The notes under the pieces: model-generated
Told to the model about the DNA's origin: nothing
The model's input: the letters and a program-made list of their open reading frames with translations, nothing else
Databases searched by the model: none
In this document: piece after piece, positions 10,065 through 20,097 of the stretch
How positions within the stretch are numbered: position 1 is the first letter of the stretch
Layout of the letters: each line of letters begins with the position of its first letter
Translations under genes and position numbers: made by a program
From: Planctomycetaceae bacterium
Lineage (GTDB): Bacteria; Planctomycetota; Planctomycetia; Planctomycetales; Planctomycetaceae
Direction: 5' to 3'
Length of the DNA stretch: 64,000 nt
Assembly: GCA_046349735.1 (NCBI GenBank)
Contig: JAXMBU010000026.1
Location: 14,746 to 78,745, forward strand

Positions 10065-12377
10065 TTACTCGTACAAAAAACTATGTTGCCGCAACAGATA
10101 GGTCACTACGCCTCGCCACGCGCGAATGGTATAGAGGGGGTCCTCTGTGCGAAATTCTTCGCGACCGCCGCAAAAATAGGTTTCGCGCGGTTCGAATCGG
10201 CCCTGTGCGTTTGCATCGGCAATGATGCCCTTGAAAAGTTGAAATGTCCTTTCGATCTCCGGATCCTCTGCAACCAGGTCCTGTCCGAGCAGGTGCTGGT
10301 GAAGGGAAATAATTGTCTGACGAATTCGTTGATTCGACATGTCATCGCCGGGCACGACACTCGGCTCAATTGATGAGAACAAAAGTCGTTCTGAGGTTTC
10401 TCGCCGAAAGTCGCGAGCCACGTGATAGCAGGCCACATCGTTGGCAAGGATTCTTTGAATCGCTCCCATCGCGCCGCTGGGATCGGCGTTGCGTTCGGTA
10501 ATGGAGATGGAGTCGATGCCGCCGTACAGAATCTTTGTTTCTCCGTCGAGTCGTCCCCATTCCTTGCCGAAGATCGCTTTGAGCTTACGCTCCAATTGCT
10601 CGGGGCCAAGCAATCTTACGATGCCGATGTCATCCAACTCAGCCGCTCGATCCGGGTTCATCGCGACGGCCTGTAACCCGTCGACTCGATAGAAGTCTGA
10701 CGCGATCAGGCTGCGAAAAGCCGTCTTCAGATTAAAGCCGCTGTCAGCAAACTCGCGAGCGGTTGATTCCATCTGCTTACGTTGAGCCAGGTACGCTCGA
10801 CGTCGAGCGGGGAAGTGTGGATCATCGATATCGTCGGGTGGTTGAAGCACTTTTCGGCCGAACAGGATGTAATAAACGTGTTCGACCATCGCGATCGCAA
10901 AACGCGGATCTTTCACCGTGCGTTCCGCCAGCCACTGCGGTGCTCGCCAGCGTTCGGACGGCGGCATGTCTTCGCCTTCAAAGCCCGCCTGGAACATATC
11001 TTTGTACCAGCCATCTTTGCGAGGAATCACGTGGCCTTCGAAATCGAAGTCCTGAAAAATGCTCGACACGGGATCGATGGTGCGATGGCATACGACACAG
11101 TCGGAAGCCTGCATCGTGGGGATCTCGTACTTGGCTGCCACGGCTGATGCATCCGTCGAACGCGGTGCGAGCTGCATGATGTCGATGCCCAAAAAATGTT
11201 GGTAGTACATGCGAGCACGCAGACGATTGCGATTGGTCTCCGTGGACGGATATCGTCGCAGGTAATGAAACATGCTGAGGAATCCGGCGTGCGGATAGAG
11301 CCCGGTTGCCGATTCCTGAGTCTTCCCGTCACGCCCCGTCAGCGCTGGGAGCTTTGCGGGTATGTATTCAAATGGGTCTTCGGGATTCTTAAACTGGTCC
11401 TTGATGTTTTCGAAGATGCCATAGCCGCGAGCCGAATGTGGCGAGACCATGATGTAGTCGGCCGTGGCAATTTCGGTAAAAGGTCGATCGTTGCGAACGA
11501 TGTATTCGATCATCCGTAACGGTTCCTGCAGAAGTGCGTCGCGATAAACATCTGCCAGCTTCCATCCCGCGCGTTCTCGTTCAGCTTCCGGCAGGTTGCT
11601 GAAGTCCCAATGCTGATACCAAAGCCGAGTTTTCTCAAAGTGATGATACGACAGCAGTGTCTCCGCGTTATCTTCAATGCCGATGGTCAGAAAGATGTCA
11701 TTGAAGCCTTCTTTGAGTCGCTCGTAAAAAGCATCTTCCTTAAACACTCGTTCGAGAATCGCCGCAACGGCCTTATCGCCAATCTGCCGGACCTCATCGA
11801 GTTCACTAGTGGTTGGCAGTCTTCCCGCCAAAGAAAGCGTAGTGCGTCGTAGTCTTCGATCAGGGGGAAGCATCGTCAGGTCGTTGAACAATGCCGCAGT
11901 GGCGGACTCTTTCGACACGCCATCTTCAGGTGGTAGGGTATCCTGCTGATTGAGTCGCCGAACAAATCGCTGGAGTATTTTGAGTCCGGTGGAATCGGCC
12001 TTCAGCACTTCTCCACCGCCGTGGTCGAGTTGCCCCGTGGCCTTCAACAGGAGTCGTGAGTCATCGCTTTCAGCCAACCTGGCCATTGTTTCAAAGGCCG
12101 TTTTGTTTTCAGCCAGCCACGTTGAATCTGAGGCTGTCAAATCAGGTTTGAGCAATCGAAACGCACTTTCAGCGGCTTCCCCTTTTTCATTGTGGCAACG
12201 CAGGCATGTGCGTTCTCCCACCTTGGCCCAGACCTCGTCTTCAAAAAAACGATCTTCGAGGAGGCAGCCGGGAATTGACTGTGCGGCTGACTGCCGATCA
12301 GATGTTCGCTGTGCCTTGATCGTGTCTGCAGCGAAGATCAGGCAAAACACAGTGCCAAGGATTTGAGCCGTCTTCAT
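10065..12377 (-). CDS. Planctomycete cytochrome-c-domain protein (PSCyt / DUF1588-like family)
   Basis: Signal peptide MKTAQILGTVFCLIFAA. Has an N-terminal CLRCH haem-binding-like motif and a second CVVCHRTIDP...F.DFD motif typical of these families. Partnered with a DUF1501 gene downstream. Confidence 0.8.
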   Translation of the reverse strand: MKTAQILGTVFCLIFAADTIKAQRTSDRQSAAQSIPGCLLEDRFFEDEVWAKVGERTCLRCHNEKGEAAESAFRLLKPDLTASDSTWLAENKTAFETMARLAESDDSRLLLKATGQLDHGGGEVLKADSTGLKILQRFVRRLNQQDTLPPEDGVSKESATAALFNDLTMLPPDRRLRRTTLSLAGRLPTTSELDEVRQIGDKAVAAILERVFKEDAFYERLKEGFNDIFLTIGIEDNAETLLSYHHFEKTRLWYQHWDFSNLPEAERERAGWKLADVYRDALLQEPLRMIEYIVRNDRPFTEIATADYIMVSPHSARGYGIFENIKDQFKNPEDPFEYIPAKLPALTGRDGKTQESATGLYPHAGFLSMFHYLRRYPSTETNRNRLRARMYYQHFLGIDIMQLAPRSTDASAVAAKYEIPTMQASDCVVCHRTIDPVSSIFQDFDFEGHVIPRKDGWYKDMFQAGFEGEDMPPSERWRAPQWLAERTVKDPRFAIAMVEHVYYILFGRKVLQPPDDIDDPHFPARRRAYLAQRKQMESTAREFADSGFNLKTAFRSLIASDFYRVDGLQAVAMNPDRAAELDDIGIVRLLGPEQLERKLKAIFGKEWGRLDGETKILYGGIDSISITERNADPSGAMGAIQRILANDVACYHVARDFRRETSERLLFSSIEPSVVPGDDMSNQRIRQTIISLHQHLLGQDLVAEDPEIERTFQLFKGIIADANAQGRFEPRETYFCGGREEFRTEDPLYTIRAWRGVVTYLLRQHSFLYE

Positions 12378-12490
12378 GTCACTTCCCAGCATCGAAGGTC
12401 CAGCGCATCCTACCGTTGGTTGGAATGTCGGATTACCATTGAGATTGGTTCATACCGAACAGTCTACAGAATTTGCCAGAGGATTCGAAG

Positions 12491-13390
12491 ATGCGATCGT
12501 TGCGAACGGCCAGGTGGATGACTCCGATGATGATTGGTGTTATTTCGATTCTCTCTCCAGCCTCTGGCCAAGAGACCGTACCAGCAGGCGTTGTGTTCGA
12601 GAAGAACATTGAGTACTCAAATCCTGGCGATCAGCATCTTCAGCTCAACATGGCTCGTCCCAAAGGAGGAACAGGACCGTTTCCTGCAGTAATTTGTATT
12701 CACGGTGGCGGATTTCGCGCGGGCTCGCGGGAGAGTTTTAATGGGCTTTGTCTTCAGTTGGCGGAAAGAGGCTATGTCGCTGTGACGGTGTCTTATCGAC
12801 TGGCTCCGAAGTATCAGTTTCCCGCAGCTGTATATGACGTCAAAGCGGCTGTGCGTTGGATGCGAGCCAACGCGGCGAAGTACCAGATCGATCCGGATCG
12901 AATTGGAACGACTGGTGGTTCAGCTGGCGGCCATTTGGCTCAGTTTCTGGGAGTGACGAGTGGCGTTAAGAAGTTCGAAGGCGATGGAGGAAACGCAGAG
13001 TATTCAAGCAGCGTGAAGTGCGTGGTGAATTTTTATGGACCAAGCGACTTCACGAAATCATACGACGCCAGTGTGGATGCAAAGGATGTCCTTCCGCTCT
13101 TTCTTGGTGGCAATCTGCAGGAGGAGCGCCATCGCCACATCGAATCCAGCCCACTCTATTGGGTCACGCCCGAGGCCGTGCCGACTCTGTTTGTCCACGG
13201 GACGAAAGATGCCTACGTCGCGCATGAACAGGCTGAATGGATCGTTGAGCGCATGAAGGCGGCCGACGTTGAGGCAACCTTGATGACGATTGAAGACGGT
13301 GATCATGGCTTCCGGACTTCAAGCCCGGAAGCCAAAGAAAAGATCGAGAATGCTCGCTTCGAGTTTTTTGAGAAGCACCTAAAGAAGTAG
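12491..13390 (+). CDS. Alpha/beta hydrolase (carboxylesterase/lipase, fold-3 type), secreted
   Basis: HGGGF oxyanion motif (CIHGGGFRAG), nucleophile elbow GGSAGGH, and late Asp/His (DGDHGF). A signal-like N-terminus follows ATG 12491. Confidence 0.85.
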   Translation: MRSLRTARWMTPMMIGVISILSPASGQETVPAGVVFEKNIEYSNPGDQHLQLNMARPKGGTGPFPAVICIHGGGFRAGSRESFNGLCLQLAERGYVAVTVSYRLAPKYQFPAAVYDVKAAVRWMRANAAKYQIDPDRIGTTGGSAGGHLAQFLGVTSGVKKFEGDGGNAEYSSSVKCVVNFYGPSDFTKSYDASVDAKDVLPLFLGGNLQEERHRHIESSPLYWVTPEAVPTLFVHGTKDAYVAHEQAEWIVERMKAADVEATLMTIEDGDHGFRTSSPEAKEKIENARFEFFEKHLKK

Positions 13391-13419
13391 ATGGCCCACG
13401 GTTCGAAAGGTAATCTGTC

Positions 13420-13674
13420 ATGACGACAAAGAAGGCCGTGATTCTCACGATTGTTATTGTCCTGCTCGCAATCGTTGTGGGTCTTGCCCTGATGTTCGCG
13501 ATGGTCGATATCAACTCAAGCAGAGCAGAACAGAAAGCCGCCGCACTGGGGCAGGTCACAGGTTTCGTGACGCTCATCCCGATCTTTGGAGTCTGGATTA
13601 TGTGGGGGCTACAGACGCAAAAAAGAAGGAGCAGAAGCAACCACAAGCTAAATCCAAATGCTGAGGCATTTTGA
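13420..13674 (+). CDS. Small membrane protein (84 aa, two predicted TM helices)
   Basis: Hydrophobic stretches AVILTIVIVLLAIVVGLALMFAMV and VTGFVTLIPIFGVWIMWGL, then a basic tail. No family recognised. Confidence 0.4.
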   Translation: MTTKKAVILTIVIVLLAIVVGLALMFAMVDINSSRAEQKAAALGQVTGFVTLIPIFGVWIMWGLQTQKRRSRSNHKLNPNAEAF

Positions 13675-13719
13675 GTGAGCCGTATCAGGCTATGCGGGCC
13701 CACCTCAAAGATCGCTGGA

Positions 13720-15063
13720 CTACTCTTTAGCTTTGATGCAGTAAATCGACTCGAGACCGCGAAAGTAGATCGCGCCATCGGCTACGGCCGGTGTCGCCCA
13801 GAATGTATCAGACAGTTGTCCGGAGCCGATGACTTCAAACGTCGGGCCGTCAGGAACTATGCATGCAGCACCTTTCTCGTCGAGAATCAGAAGCTTGTTT
13901 CCGATCAGCAGCGGGCTCGCGGCAACGAGGTCAAGTCCGGGCAGACGCTGTTGATAAAGTCGTTCGCCCGTTTCCGCGTTAAAGCACTTCAGGATATTGC
14001 TTTCCAAAGTGTAAACGAATTCTCCGGAGGACACTGACGAAGCCATTCCGGGGCCTTGTCGTTCCTGCAGCCATTGGCAGGTTGTGAACTGAGCATTCTT
14101 CTTTTCAGGTGAGAGTTCTCCGCTGCCGCCCGGTTGAATGGCGAACAACGGGCCCTTCGAGAAGGGATCGCTGCCTCCAAAGTACAGACGGTTTTCATCT
14201 GCACAGGGCGTGTTGGCTGTCGAGGCCTTGACGTTCTTTACGGTCCAGAATAATTCGCCCGTTTCCGGATTCAGACTGTCGATCTGTTCGCCTCCTGAGA
14301 CGATCAGTTCTGTGCGTTGAGAGTTTGACCAGAGCAGGGGAGTGCTCCACGAAGTTCCTTTGTCCGCACGAGTCACCTTCCATCTTTCGTCTCCGGTTTG
14401 AGTATCGAAGCAGAAGGTTGTGGCGTTGTCTTCATTAAAATTCTGGGCGAAGACTTTGCCTTCATGGATCGCCAGGGAGCTGCCGGTTCCAAAGCCATTG
14501 GACGTCTTGAAGGTTCCGATGTCCTTCGTCCAGCGACGTTTTCCAGCGTGATCGACTGCTGCAACAACCCCGGGAGCGCCGAACGAAACATAGACTCCGT
14601 TTTCGTCAGCCACTGGAGACTCCGTCGCCCATGAGTTCGAGGGGTGAATCGGAAACTTTGGCTTGCCGGAGACGATGGTCTGTTCCCAGAGAGTGCTGCC
14701 ATCTTTGGTGCTCAGACAGAACAGCTTCCAGTCGATCTGGAAATCAGGGGCTTTCGCGAATAACGAAACGCCCATGCTCTGAGGCGATTTGACTCCATCA
14801 GCAAAGTTTGAAGGTTTCAGATCTTTCTCTGCGACAGCACCAGTCACATAGATGCGATCGCCCCAGATGATGGGTTGAGACCAGCCGGCTCCAGGATTGG
14901 TCGCTTTCCAGCCAAGATTCTGTTCGGCCGACCACGTTTGCGGGATTGGTTGATCAGCCACTATGCCGGTCCCGTTGCTGCCGCGGAATTGTGAGAACTC
15001 CCCGGCCAGACAGTGTTCAGCGGCGATCGTGAATGTGAAGACAATCGCGAGAATACGAAACAT
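13720..15063 (-). CDS. PQQ-like beta-propeller repeat protein (BamB-like fold), secreted
   Basis: 447 aa with a signal peptide. Shows repeated W/G-rich propeller blades (GWSQPIIWGDRIYVTG, LWEQT, RWKVT, LFWTV). Confidence 0.78.
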   Translation of the reverse strand: MFRILAIVFTFTIAAEHCLAGEFSQFRGSNGTGIVADQPIPQTWSAEQNLGWKATNPGAGWSQPIIWGDRIYVTGAVAEKDLKPSNFADGVKSPQSMGVSLFAKAPDFQIDWKLFCLSTKDGSTLWEQTIVSGKPKFPIHPSNSWATESPVADENGVYVSFGAPGVVAAVDHAGKRRWTKDIGTFKTSNGFGTGSSLAIHEGKVFAQNFNEDNATTFCFDTQTGDERWKVTRADKGTSWSTPLLWSNSQRTELIVSGGEQIDSLNPETGELFWTVKNVKASTANTPCADENRLYFGGSDPFSKGPLFAIQPGGSGELSPEKKNAQFTTCQWLQERQGPGMASSVSSGEFVYTLESNILKCFNAETGERLYQQRLPGLDLVAASPLLIGNKLLILDEKGAACIVPDGPTFEVIGSGQLSDTFWATPAVADGAIYFRGLESIYCIKAKE

Positions 15064-15246
15064 GCCTGAGCCTGTTGTGGGAAAAGGATGTGGTTATGAT
15101 CTCTCAGCGCGACGCTGGAAGCGTTCGCAGGTGGCTGCAGTTTTGACGCAATCGATTAGTGGAGTTTTAGTCTCTTCACGACTTTTGGCCATGCCGGATG
15201 AGGGCACTTAAGCCCTCCCATTCATTTTGACGGTGAAAGAGTTCTG

Positions 15247-16452
15247 ATGCGAAGTGTTTGGCAGTTTCATACGTCGAACCAACTTGTGTTTGGGTGGGGA
15301 GCTGCCGGGCAACTTCCGGGACTTATCCAGCGACATGGTTATCGGCGAATTCTGATCGTGACAGATCGAGTGCTCGCGGCGAACGGAATTGTCGACAAGG
15401 TCCGCATCCCTCTCGTCAACGCTGGATTCGATGTTCATGTGTTTGATGGTGGCGAACCAGAGCCATCGGTCGACAGTGCGATGCGAACCCTTGACGATGC
15501 TCACCGCTACAAGCCCGACGCGATCGTGGGGCTTGGAGGTGGCAGCAATATGGATCTGGCCAAAGTTACCGCAGCCGCTTACTCTCACGAGGGAACTCCG
15601 AGCGACTACTTCGGCTGGGATCGAGTTCCCGGTCCGGTGACCCCGCTCATTTGTATCCCGACGACATCGGGGACAGGCAGTGAGGTATCTCATGCGGCCG
15701 TTCTGACCGATACACAAAACGCCATCAAGGTCAGTACGCTAAGCAATTACTTACGTCCAGCCATTGCTCTCGTTGATCCGGAACTCACATTATCCTGCCC
15801 GTCAAAAGTGACCGCCGACAGTGGGATTGACGCATTGACTCATGCGATCGAAGCCTGCACAGCCGTTGACTTTCAGCAAATGCCGTTGAAAGAAAACGAA
15901 ACTGCGGCCTATGAAGGACGGACGCCCTTGGGCGAATGCCTTGCTGAAAAGGCGATTTCCCTGATTGGACGGCATCTCGAAACGGCAGTGCGTGAACCCG
16001 GCAATCGTGAGGCTCGGGAAGGGATGAGTCTTGCGGCGACATTGGCCGGCATGGCTTTCTCGAATTGCGCCGTCGCGGTTGTGCATGCGTTAGAGTATCC
16101 GATGGGCGGCGAATTGCATGTGTCACACGGCGCTGGAAATGGCTTGTTGCTTCCGTTTGTGATGCGCTTCAATCTTCCGGAACGCGTTTCAACGTTCGCT
16201 CAGATTGCGACCTTGTTGGGTGAAGACACCGTTGGACAGAGTGACGCTGTTGCTGCGGAGCTGGCGATATCCGCAGTGGAGAAGTTAAAGCGAGCCGTCG
16301 GGATTCCTGAGCGAATTCGTGATATCGGAGGTCGAGAAGAGCAGTTGCCGCGGTTTGCCGCGAAGGCTTTTGCGATCAAGCGACTCATGATGGTCAATCC
16401 GCGTCAGCCGACTGAGGCGGATCTGTTGGAGATCCTTCGAGCGGCCTACTGA
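15247..16452 (+). CDS. Iron-containing (group III) alcohol dehydrogenase
   Basis: 401 aa. Has the GGGSNMDLAK motif and metal-site histidines (DALTHAIE, HALEYPMGGELHVSHG). Confidence 0.9.
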   Translation: MRSVWQFHTSNQLVFGWGAAGQLPGLIQRHGYRRILIVTDRVLAANGIVDKVRIPLVNAGFDVHVFDGGEPEPSVDSAMRTLDDAHRYKPDAIVGLGGGSNMDLAKVTAAAYSHEGTPSDYFGWDRVPGPVTPLICIPTTSGTGSEVSHAAVLTDTQNAIKVSTLSNYLRPAIALVDPELTLSCPSKVTADSGIDALTHAIEACTAVDFQQMPLKENETAAYEGRTPLGECLAEKAISLIGRHLETAVREPGNREAREGMSLAATLAGMAFSNCAVAVVHALEYPMGGELHVSHGAGNGLLLPFVMRFNLPERVSTFAQIATLLGEDTVGQSDAVAAELAISAVEKLKRAVGIPERIRDIGGREEQLPRFAAKAFAIKRLMMVNPRQPTEADLLEILRAAY

Positions 16453-16550
16453 AGAATAGCGGAAGTTCAGTTTTCGGCGAAGTGCCTGTCAAAGTGCGGG
16501 ACTTCAAATCTCCCCGGGGCAACCATAAGTTTATCCGCTCTTGCTCAGAG

Positions 16551-16579
16551 TTGTTTCTGTGACCGCCGAAGTCATAATC
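16551..16579 (+). promoter_or_regulatory. Candidate promoter upstream of fusA
   Basis: TTGTTT (16551-16556), then 16-17 nt, then CATAAT/ATAATC (16573-16579), about 155 nt upstream of the fusA ATG. Weak -35. Identified by eye only. Confidence 0.3.
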
Positions 16580-16732
16580 CCCGGCTCTGTTCGGCTAAGG
16601 GACAGAACTTGAGTGTTTCGGATGAAGCCGGGTGAACGAATCGTCGTTTGCTGTGTCGCCTCGAAACTCCTTTGTTTTCAGTGTTTCGGGCTCTCCTTTT
16701 GTGGTTGCCCGGCTTTTTACGGTGACCCGATC

Positions 16733-18814
16733 ATGGCTCGTTCGATAGAGACAATTCGCAATATTGGCATCATTGCACACATCGATGCCGGCAAGACCAC
16801 AACCACAGAACGCATCCTTTACTACACCGGAGCGTCCCATCGGATGGGAAATGTGGATGATGGCACCACGACAACGGACTTCGACCCGGAGGAAGCTCAG
16901 CGCGGAATCACGATTTATTCTGCTGCGGTGACCTGTCAGTGGAAGGGGTGCACGATCAACATCATCGACACTCCGGGTCACGTGGATTTCACGGCCGAAG
17001 TGGAACGCAGTCTTCGAGTTCTGGACGGTGCAGTGGTGATTTTCAGCGCTGTAGAGGGCGTTGAGGCTCAAAGTGAGACCGTTTGGCGACAGGCCAACAA
17101 GTACAAGGTTCCTCGAATCTGTCTGATTAATAAGATGGACCGGATTGGGGCTGGTTTTCATCGAGTGCTCGAACAGATCCGCGAGCGACTGAACGCACGG
17201 CCAGTACCTTTGCAAATTCCCATTGGATCGGGGCAGTCCACCAATGTTGACGGATTCTGTGGGGTCATTGATCTCCTGGGAATGAAGGCGATTTACTGGG
17301 ATTCCGAATCAAAAGGCCAGGTTTTTCGCGAGGAGGCTATTCCTGAGCAGTACCGCGATGACGCCGAGTTGTGGAGAACGGAGCTGTTTGACGTGCTCTC
17401 CAGTATTGATGATGACATCATGATGGTCTGTATGGAGGGACAGGAAGTTTCTGCAGAGATGGCGATTTCTGCGATTCGAAAAGCGACACTGAGCGGAGCG
17501 ATTCAGCCCGTGTTCTGCGGAGCTTCACTGGATTACATCGGAGTTCAGCCAGTTCTCGACGGCGTCAATAACTTCCTGCCGAGCCCTTTGGATCGCCCGC
17601 CGGTGGAAGGCGTGATCCCGTCTGGTAAGCAGGAAGGCCAATCCACCGTGCGCAAAGCGAGCGTCAAGGATCCGGTATGTGCCCTGATCTTCAAGGTGCA
17701 GGCCGAGCCGCACGGTGATCTCTACTTTGCCCGAGTCTACTCCGGCGTGCTGACCGGGAATTCCAAGTTATTGAATCCCCGACTTGGAAAAAAGGAAATG
17801 GTCACTCAGTTGTGGCACATCCAGTCAGATTCTCGGGAGAAGGTGGAGAGTGTCGAGGCGGGTGATATCTGCGGGATCATTGGGCCAAAAGACTCTTCGA
17901 CTGGGGATACACTCTGCGATGCCAGTTCGCCAGTGGCTCTTGAGTCGATCGTATTTCCGGAAACGGTGATCTCGATGGCCATCGAACCAGAGTCGAGCAA
18001 CGATCGGAAGAAACTCGACGATACCTTGAAGCGGTTGGAGCGCCAGGACCCAACATTTCGCGTGAAATCGAACGCAGAAACTGGTCAGACGATCATTAGT
18101 GGGATGGGTGAGCTGCATCTGGAAGTGATTCGCCATCGCATGGAGCGAGATTTCAAGCTCAAGGTAAAATTCCACAAGCCGCGAGTCAGCTACCGCGAGA
18201 AGCTGGTAGGGGAAGTCACTGTCAACGTGGACTTCTCTCGGCAGATGCCATCGGGAACAATCGGCTTTGGAATCACGCTTTTGGCAAGGGAGGTCCCCGA
18301 GTCAGCAGTCAACGTGGCGATCGGGCATCGCCTCCCGCCAGAGGCGTTGCCAAAGCAGTTGCTGCAGGTGTTGTTGGAAGCGGTCAAGAATCAGGCCGAC
18401 GGCGGCGGGATCTATGGGAACCCGTTGATGGGGTTGAGCCTGATGATTACCGCTGTTAATTATCGAGAAGGAGAAACCAACGAGGTTGCGATCCAGACGG
18501 CTGCGAGTGAGGCATTTAATAAGGTGCTCAGGGAAGGAAAGATGGCGATTCTGGAGCCGATCATGTCAGTCGAGGTGGTGACCCCGGAAGATTTCTTCGG
18601 AAATGTTCAGTCGGACCTGAATTCCCGCAGAGCGGTCATCATCAATTCCGACAGACGGGGGGACCTTTGTGTGCTTCAGTGCGAAGTGCCTCTGGTAGAA
18701 ATGTTCGGGTACTCAAATCAAATTCGTAGTCTTTCTCAAGGTCGAGCATCGTACTCAATGGAGCCTTGTCGCTATGAAATTGCACCTCCGAACGTGGTTG
18801 AGCAGATGATGTAG
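16733..18814 (+). CDS. fusA: Elongation factor G family GTPase (divergent)
   Basis: True start [23 protein letters not shown] at ATG 16733 (the ORF opens at 16613). G motifs [13 protein letters not shown] and NKMD are present. It has the five-domain length (693 aa). Domain IV lacks the canonical SGGRGQY loop. Confidence 0.92.
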   Translation: MARSIETIRNIGIIAHIDAGKTTTTERILYYTGASHRMGNVDDGTTTTDFDPEEAQRGITIYSAAVTCQWKGCTINIIDTPGHVDFTAEVERSLRVLDGAVVIFSAVEGVEAQSETVWRQANKYKVPRICLINKMDRIGAGFHRVLEQIRERLNARPVPLQIPIGSGQSTNVDGFCGVIDLLGMKAIYWDSESKGQVFREEAIPEQYRDDAELWRTELFDVLSSIDDDIMMVCMEGQEVSAEMAISAIRKATLSGAIQPVFCGASLDYIGVQPVLDGVNNFLPSPLDRPPVEGVIPSGKQEGQSTVRKASVKDPVCALIFKVQAEPHGDLYFARVYSGVLTGNSKLLNPRLGKKEMVTQLWHIQSDSREKVESVEAGDICGIIGPKDSSTGDTLCDASSPVALESIVFPETVISMAIEPESSNDRKKLDDTLKRLERQDPTFRVKSNAETGQTIISGMGELHLEVIRHRMERDFKLKVKFHKPRVSYREKLVGEVTVNVDFSRQMPSGTIGFGITLLAREVPESAVNVAIGHRLPPEALPKQLLQVLLEAVKNQADGGGIYGNPLMGLSLMITAVNYREGETNEVAIQTAASEAFNKVLREGKMAILEPIMSVEVVTPEDFFGNVQSDLNSRRAVIINSDRRGDLCVLQCEVPLVEMFGYSNQIRSLSQGRASYSMEPCRYEIAPPNVVEQMM

Positions 18815-18867
18815 CTGAAGTTTGACGGCTCTTCTGTCGAAGATATGGATTTCTCATGCGTCGTTGA

Positions 18868-18896
18868 TTGACAGAAACTGTGATCAACTCTAGAAT
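18868..18896 (+). promoter_or_regulatory. Candidate sigma-70-type promoter of the S10 operon
   Basis: TTGACA (18868-18873), exactly 17 nt, TAGAAT (18891-18896), in the 150-nt fusA-rpsJ spacer. Confidence 0.5.
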
Positions 18897-18964
18897 CCCC
18901 GATTCCCCGTTTTTCGGGTTGGTGGTTTCGTTTTGCGTAACCTGTTTGCTGAAGGTGGTTTACG

Positions 18965-19294
18965 GTGGCTGGTGCTGGCGAAGAATGTATCCGGATTCGG
19001 ATGGAAGCTTATGACCACTCCGTGCTGGATCAATCCGCAGCGGAGATCGTAGACACTGCGAAGCGTACCGGGGCGATTGTTCACGGTCCGGTTCCGTTGC
19101 CGACAAGAATTGAGCGGTATACGGTGCTTCGAAGTCCTCACATTAACAAAAAGTCGCGTGAGCAGTTCGAGATTCGGACTCACAAGCGGCTGATCGACAT
19201 CATTCAGCCTACTGGCAAGACGGTAGATGCTCTGAATAAGCTCTCGTTGCCGGCTGGGGTTGATATCAAGATCAAAGCGACGGCAACTGCCTAG
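18965..19294 (+). CDS. rpsJ: 30S ribosomal protein S10 (uS10)
   Basis: GTG start. [15 protein letters not shown] and [17 protein letters not shown] are typical S10 segments. Confidence 0.95.
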   Translation: MAGAGEECIRIRMEAYDHSVLDQSAAEIVDTAKRTGAIVHGPVPLPTRIERYTVLRSPHINKKSREQFEIRTHKRLIDIIQPTGKTVDALNKLSLPAGVDIKIKATATA

Positions 19295-19381
19295 GTTTGG
19301 TCTGACGCGTTTGGTGTCGTCTAATCTCTGCGGGCAGTCTCTGTTCGCCTTTTTCTATTTTCTGCGCGCGGGTGCGGAGCT

Positions 19382-20080
19382 ATGTCTGTCGGGTTGCTTG
19401 GTCGAAAAATCGGTATGACTCAGGTCTATGATGCTGATGGCGTCATTGTGCCTGTGACTGTAATTGAGGCGGGCCCGTGCGTTGTGTTGCAGGTTCGCTC
19501 GAAGGAAAAGGACGGCTATGATGCCGTTCAGGTTGGTTTTGATGACCGGCCTCGTGGGAAGGCTTCTCGTGCTCAGCGTGGTCATGTGGCTGCGTTGGGT
19601 GGTCGCCGGCAGCAGTCTCGATCAGCGTCTGGTGCTGGGGTTGTTGCTAAGGCGGAGTGTGAGCCTAAGCGATTTATTAGAGAATTTCGTTGTGTAGATT
19701 CTTCACATGGGCTGCAGGTTGGCCAGGTTTTGGGGCCTGCTTCGCTTGAGGGTGTGAAGTTTCTGGATGTGATTGGTACGACTCGCGGTCATGGTTTCAC
19801 GGGTGTTATGGTTCGCCATAACTTCGGTGGTCTTGGTGCTAGTCATGGTGTGAAGCGAGTTCACCGGTCTCCTGGTTCGATTGGTCAGAGTGCTGACCCG
19901 AGTCGCGTGTTTCCGGGAACTAAGATGGCTGGTCAGTACGGTAATGAGCGTGTGACCGTCAAGAATCTGCGTCTGGTTCGGGTTGATAGCGATTCGAACG
20001 TCCTTTTGGTTCGCGGGGCTGTCCCTGGGCCAAATGGCGGTTACGTTGTTGTCCGTCGTTCCGTGAAGAATCGTGCTTGA
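19382..20080 (+). CDS. rplC: 50S ribosomal protein L3 (uL3)
   Basis: 232 aa. Starts MSVGLLGRKIGMTQVYD. Canonical position. Confidence 0.97.
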   Translation: MSVGLLGRKIGMTQVYDADGVIVPVTVIEAGPCVVLQVRSKEKDGYDAVQVGFDDRPRGKASRAQRGHVAALGGRRQQSRSASGAGVVAKAECEPKRFIREFRCVDSSHGLQVGQVLGPASLEGVKFLDVIGTTRGHGFTGVMVRHNFGGLGASHGVKRVHRSPGSIGQSADPSRVFPGTKMAGQYGNERVTVKNLRLVRVDSDSNVLLVRGAVPGPNGGYVVVRRSVKNRA

Positions 20081-20097
20081 TGCTTGTTGGTGGTGCC

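Noticed and set aside
16613-16732. An upstream in-frame extension of fusA. There is a similar 216-nt extension of fcl (59821-60036), and shorter ones on rplP, rpsH, rplF, rpsM, rpoA, pncA and kptA.
   Set aside because: The conserved N-termini begin at internal ATGs with plausible ribosome-binding sites. The extensions are Cys/Arg-rich or would overlap the preceding gene.
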